Source of the DNA: Thermoplasmata archaeon
Lineage (GTDB): Archaea > Thermoplasmatota > Thermoplasmata > Lutacidiplasmatales > UBA184
Length of the DNA: 37,975 nt
Direction: 5' to 3'
Assembly: GCA_030037265.1 (NCBI GenBank)
Contig: JASHRQ010000030.1
Span: 1 to 37,975, forward strand
The notes under the pieces were generated by a model, which was not told the origin of the DNA, did not search any database, and worked only from the letters and a program-made list of their open reading frames with translations. A program made the translations under genes and the position numbers. The first letter of the stretch is position 1. Every line of letters begins with the position of its first letter. Positions 17,410 to 26,558 of the stretch are shown in pieces.

Positions 17410-18534
17410 ATGGCCCGGGTGCGGAAGGTCCGGCTGGACGAGCTCGAGGCGCCGCTCGTCGAGCCGTTCGAGACGAGCTTCGGCGTCGAGCGCCGGCGCC
17501 GGTTCCTGGTGGTCGCGCTCGAGGACGACACCGGGGAGACCGGGCTCGGCGAGTGCGTCGCCGCGCGCGACCCGCTCTACTCGGGGGAGTCGGTGGCGAC
17601 GGCGCGCTGGATGCTCCAGACGTACCTCATCCCGCGGCTGCTCCGCGAGGAGCTCCCGACCCCGGAGGCGTTCTTCGCGCAGGCCCGGCCGCTCCGCGAG
17701 CACCTGATGGCGAAGGCGGCGGTCGAGATCGCCCTCTGGGACCTCCACGCGCGGCGCGCCGGCACCTCCGTCGCCCGCGCGCTGGGGGGCACGCGCTCCC
17801 GGGTCGAGGTTGGCGTCAGCGTCGGGATCCAGCCGACGGTCCCCCAGCTCGTGCGCCGGGTCGGGCAGTACCTGGACGACGGCTACCGCCGGATCAAGGT
17901 CAAGGTGAAGCCCGGCTGGGACCGCGAGCCGGTGGGCGCCCTCCGGCGCGAGTACCCGGACCTGCGCCTGTGGGCCGACGCGAACCAGGCGTATCCCCCG
18001 TCGGCCGCGCGCGAGGTCGCCGCGTGGGCGACGGAGTTCCAGGTGGAGCAGCTCGAGCAGCCGTTCCCGGAGCGCGCGCTGTCGGCGCACGCCGAGATCG
18101 CGCGCGGCGCCCCGTTCAAGGTGTGCCTCGACGAGTCGATCACCTCCGCGGAGGCGCTGGACGAGGCGCTCGAGCGGCACGCGCTCACGAGCCTCAACGT
18201 GAAGCCGGGCCGCGTGGGCGGGCTCGCGACCGGCCGCGCGATGGGCCGGCGCGCGGCCGAGGCCGGGTTCCCGGCGTGGGTGGGCGGGATGCTCGAGACC
18301 GGCATCGGCCGGTCGTTCAACGTGGCGCTCGCCAGCACGCCGCCGTTCGTCTTCCCCGGCGACCTCTCCGCGAGCGACCGGTACTACCGGGAGGAGTTCG
18401 TCGACCCCGCCTTCGAGCTGGGTCCCGGCAGCACCCTCCGGGTCCCCACGGGCCGGGGGCTGGGCGTCGAGGTCGTGGAGCGGGTGTACCGGAAGTTCCT
18501 TCGGCGCCGGCGCGAGTTCCGTCGCTCGGCATGA
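17410..18534 (+). CDS. menC: N-succinylamino acid racemase / o-succinylbenzoate synthase (enolase superfamily)
   Basis: PFETSFG, RIKVKVK, DAN, EQP, LDES, NVKPGRVGG, GGMLETG, GDLSAS. Confidence 0.9.
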   Translation: MARVRKVRLDELEAPLVEPFETSFGVERRRRFLVVALEDDTGETGLGECVAARDPLYSGESVATARWMLQTYLIPRLLREELPTPEAFFAQARPLREHLMAKAAVEIALWDLHARRAGTSVARALGGTRSRVEVGVSVGIQPTVPQLVRRVGQYLDDGYRRIKVKVKPGWDREPVGALRREYPDLRLWADANQAYPPSAAREVAAWATEFQVEQLEQPFPERALSAHAEIARGAPFKVCLDESITSAEALDEALERHALTSLNVKPGRVGGLATGRAMGRRAAEAGFPAWVGGMLETGIGRSFNVALASTPPFVFPGDLSASDRYYREEFVDPAFELGPGSTLRVPTGRGLGVEVVERVYRKFLRRRREFRRSA

Positions 18535-19439
18535 GCGCGCTCCCGACGGCGACGGGCCCGAAGCGGCGGCGGCCCCCGCTCGTCGCCTGGGTGGTGCTGC
18601 TCGTCGTCCTCGTCGGCGTCGCGGCCGCGCTGCTCGCCGCGCCGGGCCGCTCCTCCGGCGCGGGCCCCCCGGCCCTCGGCCCGCTCCCGCTGGTCGACTC
18701 CGAGCTCGTGATCGGCGTCGCGGTGTTCGCCCTCCTCGCGACGGTCATCGGCCTGTCGGTGCGCCGCGGGGGCGTTGGGGGCGGGGGCCTCCCCCAGCGG
18801 TTCGTCGCGATCGTGCTCGTGGTGGTGCTCCTCGGGGCGCTGTTCGTCGCGCTGGCGGGGCTGGTCGCGCCGACGTCCCCGCCGACCGGACCCGGCAGCA
18901 CGGGCTCGAACGCCACGTCGCCCACCACCCCGGCGATCCCGATCGGGAACGGGACGTCGTCCGGCGGCTTCTCGCTCGGCGCGGTCGTGCCCGCCTGGCT
19001 GCCGTACGTCGGGGTCGTCGCGCTCGCGGTCATCCTCGTGCTGGTGATCGCGCCGTTCGCCATCGCGCGGTGGGAGACGCGCCGGCCCGACCGCGCGCCC
19101 CCGCCCGCCGCGGCCACCCGCGAGGCGGTCGTCGCTGCGCTCGCCGGGCTCCGGGAGGGCCCCGGCGCCGACGCGCGGGGTACCATCCTCGTGCTCTACG
19201 GCCGGCTCCTCGCCGCGACGGAGCGCCGCAGCGTGACGACGGACCCGCTCACGCCCCGGGAGGTCCAGGCGCACGTCGTCCGCCGGCTCGGCGTCCGGCC
19301 CGCCGTGGTCGCCGAGCTCACGGCCCTGTTCGAGGAGGCGCGCTACTCCGCGCACCCGATGACCCCGGCGATGGTCGACCGGGCGGAGCGGACCCTCACC
19401 GACGTCCTCGCCGACCTCGACGCCGCACCGGCGCGATGA
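18531..19439 (+). CDS. DUF4129-domain membrane protein
   Basis: Four TM segments, then I..LYGRL...TPRE....LTALFEEARYS; ATGA overlap. Confidence 0.8.
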   Translation: MSALPTATGPKRRRPPLVAWVVLLVVLVGVAAALLAAPGRSSGAGPPALGPLPLVDSELVIGVAVFALLATVIGLSVRRGGVGGGGLPQRFVAIVLVVVLLGALFVALAGLVAPTSPPTGPGSTGSNATSPTTPAIPIGNGTSSGGFSLGAVVPAWLPYVGVVALAVILVLVIAPFAIARWETRRPDRAPPPAAATREAVVAALAGLREGPGADARGTILVLYGRLLAATERRSVTTDPLTPREVQAHVVRRLGVRPAVVAELTALFEEARYSAHPMTPAMVDRAERTLTDVLADLDAAPAR

Positions 19440-19873
19440 CCCGCCTCGACCTCGTCCTGCTCGGAGCCGCCGGGGCCGCGGTCGCCGTCGCGGTGCTGGC
19501 CGGCCGGGACGCGGCGGTGGCGACGGTCGCCGGCGTCACCGCGATCGCGCTGGTGGCGCTGGTGGGCGCGCTGCGCCTCTGGCGGGCGGAGCGGCCTCCG
19601 GCCCCTCCCTCGCTGGTGGACGCCGGCCTGCCCGGCTGGCGGGACCCGACGCTGGAGTCCGACCCGCTCGTGAGCCTCCGCCGGGCGTTCGCGGCCGGCC
19701 GGCCCGACCGCGGGGCGATCCTGCAGGCGCTGCGGGGCCTCGACCGCGACCTGCCGCCGGAGGAGCGCCTCGCGCTGACACTCGAGGACGAGGGCCGGCT
19801 CCTCGCCGAGCCGCTCGCGGAGTTCTACGCGTGGGTCGATGGACGCCTCCGGCGGCTCGAGGGGTCGGGGTGA
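19436..19873 (+). CDS. Small membrane protein of the MoxR/DUF58 cluster
   Basis: Two N-terminal TM helices; ATGA and GTGA overlaps on both sides. Confidence 0.7.
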   Translation: MTRLDLVLLGAAGAAVAVAVLAGRDAAVATVAGVTAIALVALVGALRLWRAERPPAPPSLVDAGLPGWRDPTLESDPLVSLRRAFAAGRPDRGAILQALRGLDRDLPPEERLALTLEDEGRLLAEPLAEFYAWVDGRLRRLEGSG

Positions 19874-21174
19874 GCGCGCCCGCCGAGCCGCCGCCCGGGC
19901 CGTGGCACTGGACGCCGCGGGCGTTCCTGCTGTACGCCGGCGCGGGCGCCGGGTTCCTCGCGGCGCTCGTCTTCCACACGCCGGTGCCGCTCTACGTCGC
20001 CGTGCCGCTCCTGCTCGCCCCGATCGCGACGATCCTCCCGGGATTCGCCCGGGGCCGAGCGGCCCGGATCGACTGGACGGTCTCGGGCGCCGGGGCGGAC
20101 GTCCTCGTCGCGGGGACCGTCTCCGTCGACCCCCCGGTGGAGTCCGGGCAGCTCCGGGCCGAGTTCCGTCCGCCGGCGGCCCTCCACCCGGCGGCCGCCC
20201 CCTCGGTCTCCGCCCGGCCCGGCGGCCTCGAGTTCCTCCTGCGGTACCGGGTGGACGGTCCGACGCTCACCCGCCTCGCCCCGCCCCAGCTGGTCTGGCA
20301 GGACGGCCTCGGGCTGCGGACCCAGGCGCTGCGGCTCGACGACGCGCCGGACCTCGAGGTGGAGCGGTATCCCCCGGAGCTCGACCGGATCGGCCGGCTC
20401 CGGCTGCGCCGCACGACGTCCGCGCCGGGCGAGAGCCGGTCGCCGGTGCGGGGCGCGGCCGGCGAGTTCTTCGGGGTGCGGGCCTGGCAGCCGACGGACT
20501 CCCCGCGCCAGATCAACTGGCGGGCCACGGCGCGCGCCGGCGGCGCGCTCCTCGCGAACGACTTCCGGCTGGAGCGGACGGGGGACCTGATCGTGCTGCT
20601 CGACCGACGGCCGACGGACCTCGGGGCGGTCCGGAACGACCGGCTCCAGAGCGCCGCGCGCGCCGCCGCCCTCGGCATCGCCTCCGCGTTCCTCGCCGAG
20701 CGGTCGCGCGTGGGCGTCGGGGTGTACGGGGAGGAGCTCACCGTCGTGCCGCTCGGGCGCGGCCGCGTCCAGCGCTACCGGATCGCGCAGCTGCTTCGGG
20801 AGGCGACCGGCCCGGTGCGGCCCGGGCCGTCCGAGCGGCTCGCGATCGCCGCCCGCCGGTACTTTCCCCCGGGGACGCTCACGGTCTTCCTCACGAGCCT
20901 CGCCGACGAGGAGTCGATCGTGCCGGTCGTCCACCTCCGGCGCCGGGGGTTCCCGACCGTCGTCCTGAGCCCGTCGCCGCTCGCCGTGCTCGACGTGGGC
21001 GGGACCGCCCCGGAGGAGGTGCTCGCGGCGCGGCTCCTCCGGCTGCTCCGCCGGCGGCGGATCGCCGACGCCTGGACGGAGGCCCCGATCGTCGACTGGC
21101 CCGACTTCTGGTCGCTCGAGCCGTTCGTGAGCTACCTCGAACGGCCGGCCTACTCGGGAGGGCGGGCCGCGTGA
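19870..21174 (+). CDS. DUF58 (VWA-like) protein with N-terminal TM hairpin
   Basis: GEFFGVRAWQPTDSPRQINWRATAR, LIVLLD, RVGVGVYG; GTGA overlap. Confidence 0.9.
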   Translation: MSAPAEPPPGPWHWTPRAFLLYAGAGAGFLAALVFHTPVPLYVAVPLLLAPIATILPGFARGRAARIDWTVSGAGADVLVAGTVSVDPPVESGQLRAEFRPPAALHPAAAPSVSARPGGLEFLLRYRVDGPTLTRLAPPQLVWQDGLGLRTQALRLDDAPDLEVERYPPELDRIGRLRLRRTTSAPGESRSPVRGAAGEFFGVRAWQPTDSPRQINWRATARAGGALLANDFRLERTGDLIVLLDRRPTDLGAVRNDRLQSAARAAALGIASAFLAERSRVGVGVYGEELTVVPLGRGRVQRYRIAQLLREATGPVRPGPSERLAIAARRYFPPGTLTVFLTSLADEESIVPVVHLRRRGFPTVVLSPSPLAVLDVGGTAPEEVLAARLLRLLRRRRIADAWTEAPIVDWPDFWSLEPFVSYLERPAYSGGRAA

Positions 21175-21704
21175 CCGCCCCGACGGCGTCCGGTCCCGCG
21201 CGCGGCCGGTGGGCCCTCGCACCGTTCCTCCTGCCGGCCGCGGTGCCGATCGCGTTCTGGGCGCTCACCTCGGGCTGGCCGCTGGCGGTGGGGCTCGCGG
21301 TGCTGGGGGCACCGCTCGTCGCGGCCGGGGTCCTCCTGGGGTCGGGCCGGGAGGCGCTCGCCGACGCGTCGCCGGTCCCGCCGCTCGCCGGGCTGCTGCT
21401 CCTCTCGACCCAGGTCCCGGCGACCTTCGGGAACCTCCTGCTCGCGGCGGTGGGCGGGCTGGGCCTCCTCCTGTGGCTCGGCGCGAGCCGGCCGACGGGG
21501 ATGGCGCTCCGACCGGTGCTCGCGGGGCTCTGGCTGCCGACGCTCGCCGTCGCCGTGGCGCTCGTGCTCCCGACGGTGCTGCCGGCCGGGGTCGCGAACG
21601 GGTTCGGGGTCGCGGCCGCGCTGCTCGCCGTCGCGCTCGGGCTCGCCGTCTGGCTGCTCGAGTCGGGCCGCTCGGCGGAGCCCGAGCCGGCCCCGACAGG
21701 CTGA
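21171..21704 (+). CDS. Highly hydrophobic multi-pass membrane protein
   Basis: About 5-6 TM segments; GTGA overlap with the DUF58 gene. Confidence 0.72.
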   Translation: MTAPTASGPARGRWALAPFLLPAAVPIAFWALTSGWPLAVGLAVLGAPLVAAGVLLGSGREALADASPVPPLAGLLLLSTQVPATFGNLLLAAVGGLGLLLWLGASRPTGMALRPVLAGLWLPTLAVAVALVLPTVLPAGVANGFGVAAALLAVALGLAVWLLESGRSAEPEPAPTG

Positions 21705-21971
21705 AGAGCGACGCGGCCCCTCCCGTCCCCGGAGCCACCCTCCGGGGCGGCTTCCGGGCGCCGTCGAAGGGTCCCTCCTGACCACCGCGGGCGCGACGCC
21801 CGCCGAGGATGACGAGAGGACAACCCCGGTGTCCGACACCCCCGGCCGGGGTCAGGACGCCGAGGGGGCCGAACGGCCATCGAGGACGCGCTCCGTTACG
21901 GCCGGGGGACAGCGCCGAGGCCGGCGCCATATACGCCGGCCGGCCTTCCGAGGGGCCCCGGGAGGGTCTCC

Positions 21972-22922
21972 GTGCAGCCGGCCGACGCGAAGCGCGCGAT
22001 GGACGAGGTCGTCGCGGCGGTCCACACCGCCGTCGTCGGACGGCCGGAGGCGCTCGACCTCGTGGCCACCGGGCTCCTCGCCGACGGCCACCTCCTCCTC
22101 GAGGACCTCCCGGGGCTCGGGAAGACGCTGATCGCGAAGTCGTTCGCGCAGGCGCTCGGGCTCTCGTTCGCCCGCATCCAGTTCACCGCCGACCTGCTCC
22201 CGCACGACCTCACGGGCGGCGAGGTGTGGGACGCCGCCCGCTCGCAGTTCGAGTTCCGGCCCGGGCCGCTGTTCGCGAACCTCGTGCTCGCCGACGAGAT
22301 CAATCGCGCCCCGCCGAAGGTCCAGTCGGCGCTCCTCGAGGCGATGCAGGAGTACCAGGTCACGAGCGACCGGGCGAGCCACCCGCTCGACCGGCCGTTC
22401 CTCGTGCTCGCGACGCAGAACCCGCTCGAGCTCGAGGGGACGTACCCGCTCCCGGAGGCCCAGGTCGACCGGTTCCTCCTCCGGCTCTCCGTCGGCTATC
22501 CGACCCCCGACGAGGAGCGGGAGATCCTGGAGCGGCGACGGGCACGGAAGGAGGACCCGGCGCCGGTGCCGGCGGTGCTCGACCGGGACCGGTTCCGGGC
22601 GGTGCAGCGCGCGGTCGAGGAGGTGGCGATCGACCCCGCGCTCGAGGCGTACGCGGTGGCGCTCGCCACCGCGACGCGCGTCGACCCCCGGTCGGAGGTG
22701 GGCGCCTCCCCGCGCGGGTCGCTCGCGCTCCTGAAGCTCGGGCGCGCGCACGCGCTGCTCCGGGGCCGGGACTACACGCTCCCCGACGACCTCAAGGCGG
22801 TCGCGGTCCCGGCGCTCGCGCACCGGATCCTCGTGAAGCCCGAGCCGTGGGTCCGCGGCGTCCGGGGAACCCAGGTCGCGCGCGAGGCGCTCGCGCGCGT
22901 GCCGGTGCCGAAGGTCCCGTAG
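21972..22922 (+). CDS. MoxR-family AAA+ ATPase
   Basis: HLLLEDLPGLGKT, RIQFTADLLP.D, LADEINRAPPKVQSALLEAMQE, ATQNP.E.EGTYPLPEAQ.DRF, GASPR. Confidence 0.95.
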   Translation: MQPADAKRAMDEVVAAVHTAVVGRPEALDLVATGLLADGHLLLEDLPGLGKTLIAKSFAQALGLSFARIQFTADLLPHDLTGGEVWDAARSQFEFRPGPLFANLVLADEINRAPPKVQSALLEAMQEYQVTSDRASHPLDRPFLVLATQNPLELEGTYPLPEAQVDRFLLRLSVGYPTPDEEREILERRRARKEDPAPVPAVLDRDRFRAVQRAVEEVAIDPALEAYAVALATATRVDPRSEVGASPRGSLALLKLGRAHALLRGRDYTLPDDLKAVAVPALAHRILVKPEPWVRGVRGTQVAREALARVPVPKVP

Positions 22923-22976
22923 GCTACGGGGGCCGGCCGGGCAAGCCGTTTTGAGGGGCGCCGGGGTCCGCGCGGC

Positions 22977-23930
22977 GTGCCCGCCCCGCGCGCGGTCGTC
23001 GTCGCCGACCCGATCGACCGGGCGGCGCTCGACCGGCTCCGGGCGGCCGACTGCCGGGTGGTGGACGCCACCGCCGGGCCCGAGGCGCTCGCGGCCGCGC
23101 TCCCGGATGCGTGGGCGCTCCTCGTCCGCAGCCGGACCCGGGTGACGGCGGCGCTGCTCGACGCGGCGCCGAACCTCCGCGTGATCGCCCGCGCGGGGGT
23201 CGGCGTGGACAACGTGGACCTCGACGCCGCGACGCGCCGGTCGGTGCGCGTCGTGAACGCGCCCACGGCGGCGACGACGAGCGTCGCCGAGCTGACGGTC
23301 GCGCTGCTGCTGCTGCTCGTCCGGGACCTGTACGGCGCGATCCCGGAGACGAAGGCGGGACGCTGGCCCCGGGGGGTCCGCGGCGCCGAGCTCGCGGGGA
23401 AGACGGTGGGGCTCGTCGGCTACGGCCGGATCGGCCGCGAGGTCGCCCGGCGCGTCGAGGCGTTCGGCGCCACCGTCCTCGCCCACGACCCGTGGCTCCC
23501 CCGCTCCCCGGACCACGTCCCGCTCCTCCCGCTCGACGAGCTCCTCCCCCGCGCCCACCTCCTGAGCCTCCACGCGGCGGCGAACGACGCGAACCGGCAC
23601 CTGCTGAACGCGGAGCGGCTCGCGCGCCTGCCGCGCGGCGCCTACGTCGTGAACGTCGCGCGCGGCGCGCTCGTGTACGAGGAGGCGCTGCTCGCGGCGC
23701 TCGACTCCGGGCCGGTCGCCGGCGCCGCGCTGGACGTCTTCGAGGTCGAGCCGCCGACGCGCCGCCGGCTGCTCGAGCATCCCCGCGTGATCGCGACGCC
23801 GCACCTGGGCGCCTCCACGCCGGAGGCCCAGACGCGCGCCGGCGCGCAGGTCGCGGAGGAGCTCGAGCGGCTCCTCCGCGGGGAGCGCCCGCTTTATCTA
23901 GTGAACACGGAACTGGCGACGGCGCCATGA
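22977..23930 (+). CDS. serA: D-3-phosphoglycerate dehydrogenase-like (short form, no ACT domain)
   Basis: LVRSRT.V, RAGVGVDNVD, GLVGYGRIG, VNVARG, ALDVFEVEP, TPHLGAST.EAQ. Confidence 0.85.
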   Translation: MPAPRAVVVADPIDRAALDRLRAADCRVVDATAGPEALAAALPDAWALLVRSRTRVTAALLDAAPNLRVIARAGVGVDNVDLDAATRRSVRVVNAPTAATTSVAELTVALLLLLVRDLYGAIPETKAGRWPRGVRGAELAGKTVGLVGYGRIGREVARRVEAFGATVLAHDPWLPRSPDHVPLLPLDELLPRAHLLSLHAAANDANRHLLNAERLARLPRGAYVVNVARGALVYEEALLAALDSGPVAGAALDVFEVEPPTRRRLLEHPRVIATPHLGASTPEAQTRAGAQVAEELERLLRGERPLYLVNTELATAP

Positions 23931-25063
23931 CGTTCGACCCCGAGACCGCGACGTTCCTCATCGCCGGACCGGTGCGGATCCACCCGCGCGTGCTGCGCGC
24001 GATGGAGTTCCCGTCGGTGAACCACCGGGGGGAGTACTTCCACCGCGTCGTCGGCGAGATCCGGGAGCTGCTCCCGGTGCTGTTCGCCGCCCGCGGCCAC
24101 CAGGCGGTGCTGTCCGGCAGCGGCACGGCCGGCCTGGAGGCGCTCTACTCCGCCCTCCTGCGGCCCGACGACCGGGCGCTCGTGCTCACGAACGGGAACT
24201 TTGGCGAGCGCGGGGCGGAGATCGCCCGGCGGTACGCGCGGGACGTGACGACGGTCTCGGCGCCGTGGGGCGAGGCGATCCCGGTCGACGCGGTCCGCGC
24301 GGAGCTCGAGAAGGGCGGCTACCGCGCCGTGATCGCGGTCCACAACGAGACGAGCGCCGGGCTCGCGAACGACCTCGCCGCGCTCGCGCCGCACGTGCGG
24401 AAGTCCGGCGCGCTGTTCCTCGTCGACGGGATCTCCGCGGTGGCGGGCATCCCGGTGCGCATCGACGACTGGGGGATCGACGGGATCGTCACCGGGAGCC
24501 AGAAGGGGCTGGCCGCGCCGCCCGGCCTCGCGCTGGTCCACCTGTCCGACCGGGCGTTCGCGGAGCTCCACCCGCGCACGCAGTACCTCGACCTCGCCGC
24601 CCACCTCGCGTCGCTCGAGAAGAACGACACGCCGTGGACCCCGGCGGTCCCGCTGTTCCTGGCGCTCCACGAGGCGCTGAAGCTCCTCCGCGAGGAGGGG
24701 CTCGAGGCGCGCCTCGCGCGGACCCACCAGCTCGCCGAGGCGACGCGGGCGGCCGTCGAGGCCGCGGGGCTCCGCCTGTTCGCCGACCGTCGGTACGCGT
24801 CCGACACCGTGAGCGCGGTGAAGCTCCCCGACGGGATGGACGAGGAGTCGATCCGACGCACGCTCCTCACGACGTACAACGTCGAGGTGCAGGGCGGCCA
24901 GGGGCCGTACCGCGGGAAGATCTTCCGCATCGGCCACATGGGGATCGCCTCCTGGGCGGACCTCCTCGTCACGTTCGCGGGGCTCGAGCGGATCCTCCAC
25001 CGGGCCGGCCGCCTCCCGACGCCCGGGGCCGCGCTCGCGGCGATCGAGTCGCGGATGCCCTGA
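23927..25063 (+). CDS. Class V PLP aminotransferase (serine/phosphoserine aminotransferase-like)
   Basis: AGPV, NHRG, SGSGTAGLEA, VHNETS, VDGIS, GSQKGL, TPWTP, FRIGHMG; ATGA overlap with serA. Confidence 0.9.
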   Translation: MTFDPETATFLIAGPVRIHPRVLRAMEFPSVNHRGEYFHRVVGEIRELLPVLFAARGHQAVLSGSGTAGLEALYSALLRPDDRALVLTNGNFGERGAEIARRYARDVTTVSAPWGEAIPVDAVRAELEKGGYRAVIAVHNETSAGLANDLAALAPHVRKSGALFLVDGISAVAGIPVRIDDWGIDGIVTGSQKGLAAPPGLALVHLSDRAFAELHPRTQYLDLAAHLASLEKNDTPWTPAVPLFLALHEALKLLREEGLEARLARTHQLAEATRAAVEAAGLRLFADRRYASDTVSAVKLPDGMDEESIRRTLLTTYNVEVQGGQGPYRGKIFRIGHMGIASWADLLVTFAGLERILHRAGRLPTPGAALAAIESRMP

Positions 25064-25071
25064 CGGGGCCC

Positions 25072-25524
25072 CTAGATATCGACGACGACCCGGGCGCGGT
25101 GGCGCTCGAGGTCGACCGTGAGCCCGTGGTAGGTCACGGCCTTCACGTCGAAATGCCGGGGGTGCCGCGCGGGGTCGTACCGCTCGCCGCGGAGCTGCGC
25201 GAGGAGCGCCGTCGGCGGCGAGCCGACGGGCCGGCAGGTGACCGCCCGGGCGAGGAACCCCTCCTCGTCCTCGAGCGCGATCAGCCGCGAGAGGTACGCG
25301 ACCACGAGCGCCGGCGGGTCGGCGCCGCTCGCCTCGACCGCCCGCTCCTCCCGCGCCCGGACCGTCCGGAGGTCGGTCATGAGCGCGAACAGCCCGAGCC
25401 CGAGCGCCTCGAACAGGCCGGCCGTCGAGCCGGCGCGGGCCCACAGACCGACGTCGGCGGTCGTCGGGAAGCTCCCCCACGCGCGCTCCGTCGGTCGCTC
25501 CCTCCCCGGTCGGCGAACGGCCAT
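25072..25524 (-). CDS. Archease
   Basis: TTADVG, LRGE.YD, DVKAVTYHGL, terminal VVDI. Confidence 0.9.
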   Translation of the reverse strand: MAVRRPGRERPTERAWGSFPTTADVGLWARAGSTAGLFEALGLGLFALMTDLRTVRAREERAVEASGADPPALVVAYLSRLIALEDEEGFLARAVTCRPVGSPPTALLAQLRGERYDPARHPRHFDVKAVTYHGLTVDLERHRARVVVDI

Positions 25525-25574
25525 CGGGAACGGGCTTATAGGGGGCGGCCCGCCTTGCCGGGAGCTGGGTCCCG

Positions 25575-26363
25575 ATGCGGGCGAGCTTCATCGTTCCGAC
25601 GCTGAACGAATCGACGTCCATCGGCCACGTCCTCCAGTCGTTCCGGTCGGCCGCGGAGTCGGCGAACCAGCGGTTCCTCTATCGGAGCCCGATCGACTGG
25701 GAGCTCCTCGTCGTCGACGGGCCCTCGACCGACGGGACGGCCGACGCCGCCCGGGCGGCGGGCGCGCGGGTGCTGTCCGAGCCGCGCCGCGGGTACGGCC
25801 GGGCGTACCGGACCGGGTTCGCGGCGGCGACGGGGGAGGTCGTCGCGACGGCCGACGGGGACGCGAGCTACCCGGTGGAGGAGATCCCGTGGCTCGTGCT
25901 CCACCTGCTCGAGCACCGGCTCGACTTCCTCACCTGCGACCGGCTGAGCTACCTCGACCGACGGGCGATGACGATGGAGCACCGGATCGGCAACGAGCTG
26001 CTCAACTTCACCCTGCGGGCGGCGTTCCACGCCGCCCTCCAGGGGACGCCGGCGCGGGTGCTGCGCGACAGCCAGAGCGGCATGTGGATCTTCCGCCGGG
26101 AGATCCTCGACCGGCTCCACCTGGCGCAGGACGGGATGGCGTTCAGCGAGGAGCTGAAGCTCGAGGTGCTGCTCCACGGGCTCCGGCTCGAGGAGGTGCC
26201 GATCCACTACTCCGAGCGGTGGGGGGCGCCGAAGCTGTCGAGCTGGCGCGACGGGACGCGGAACCTGCTGTTCCTGTTCCGCAAGCGCGCGCAGGTCTCG
26301 CGCGAGGAGCGCCGGGGGTCTCCGCACGCCGCGCGGGCCGACCCCGACGGGGCCCCGCCCTGA
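25575..26363 (+). CDS. GT2 glycosyltransferase (dolichyl-phosphate sugar synthase-like)
   Basis: FIVPTLNE, VVDG.STDGT, RGYGRA, ADGDASY, DSQSG, EVPI.Y.ER.G.PKL. Confidence 0.9.
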   Translation: MRASFIVPTLNESTSIGHVLQSFRSAAESANQRFLYRSPIDWELLVVDGPSTDGTADAARAAGARVLSEPRRGYGRAYRTGFAAATGEVVATADGDASYPVEEIPWLVLHLLEHRLDFLTCDRLSYLDRRAMTMEHRIGNELLNFTLRAAFHAALQGTPARVLRDSQSGMWIFRREILDRLHLAQDGMAFSEELKLEVLLHGLRLEEVPIHYSERWGAPKLSSWRDGTRNLLFLFRKRAQVSREERRGSPHAARADPDGAPP

Positions 26364-26368
26364 GCCCG

Positions 26369-26521
26369 CTACTTCGTCTTGCCGGACCGCTCGCGCGACT
26401 TCGGCCGGAGGCCGTGGTAGCCGCACTTCCGGCACTGCACCGCCCGGACCGGGTTCCGCGCCGAGCAGTTCATGCAGACCTTCTTCAGGAGGAGCCGGTT
26501 CACGGCCTCGGGGAACGGCAT
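26369..26521 (-). CDS. rpl40e: 50S ribosomal protein L40e
   Basis: MPFPEA...[20 protein letters not shown]...LRPK; TTTAAAA on the minus strand at 26546-26552. Confidence 0.96.
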   Translation of the reverse strand: MPFPEAVNRLLLKKVCMNCSARNPVRAVQCRKCGYHGLRPKSRERSGKTK

Positions 26522-26545
26522 GGGCGGCGGCCGACCCGCCGGTCC

Positions 26546-26558
26546 TTTTAAAGCGTTC
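26546..26558 (-). promoter_or_regulatory. BRE/TATA of rpl40e
   Basis: Minus strand GAACGC-TTTAAAA about 25 nt upstream of ATG 26521. Confidence 0.65.
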
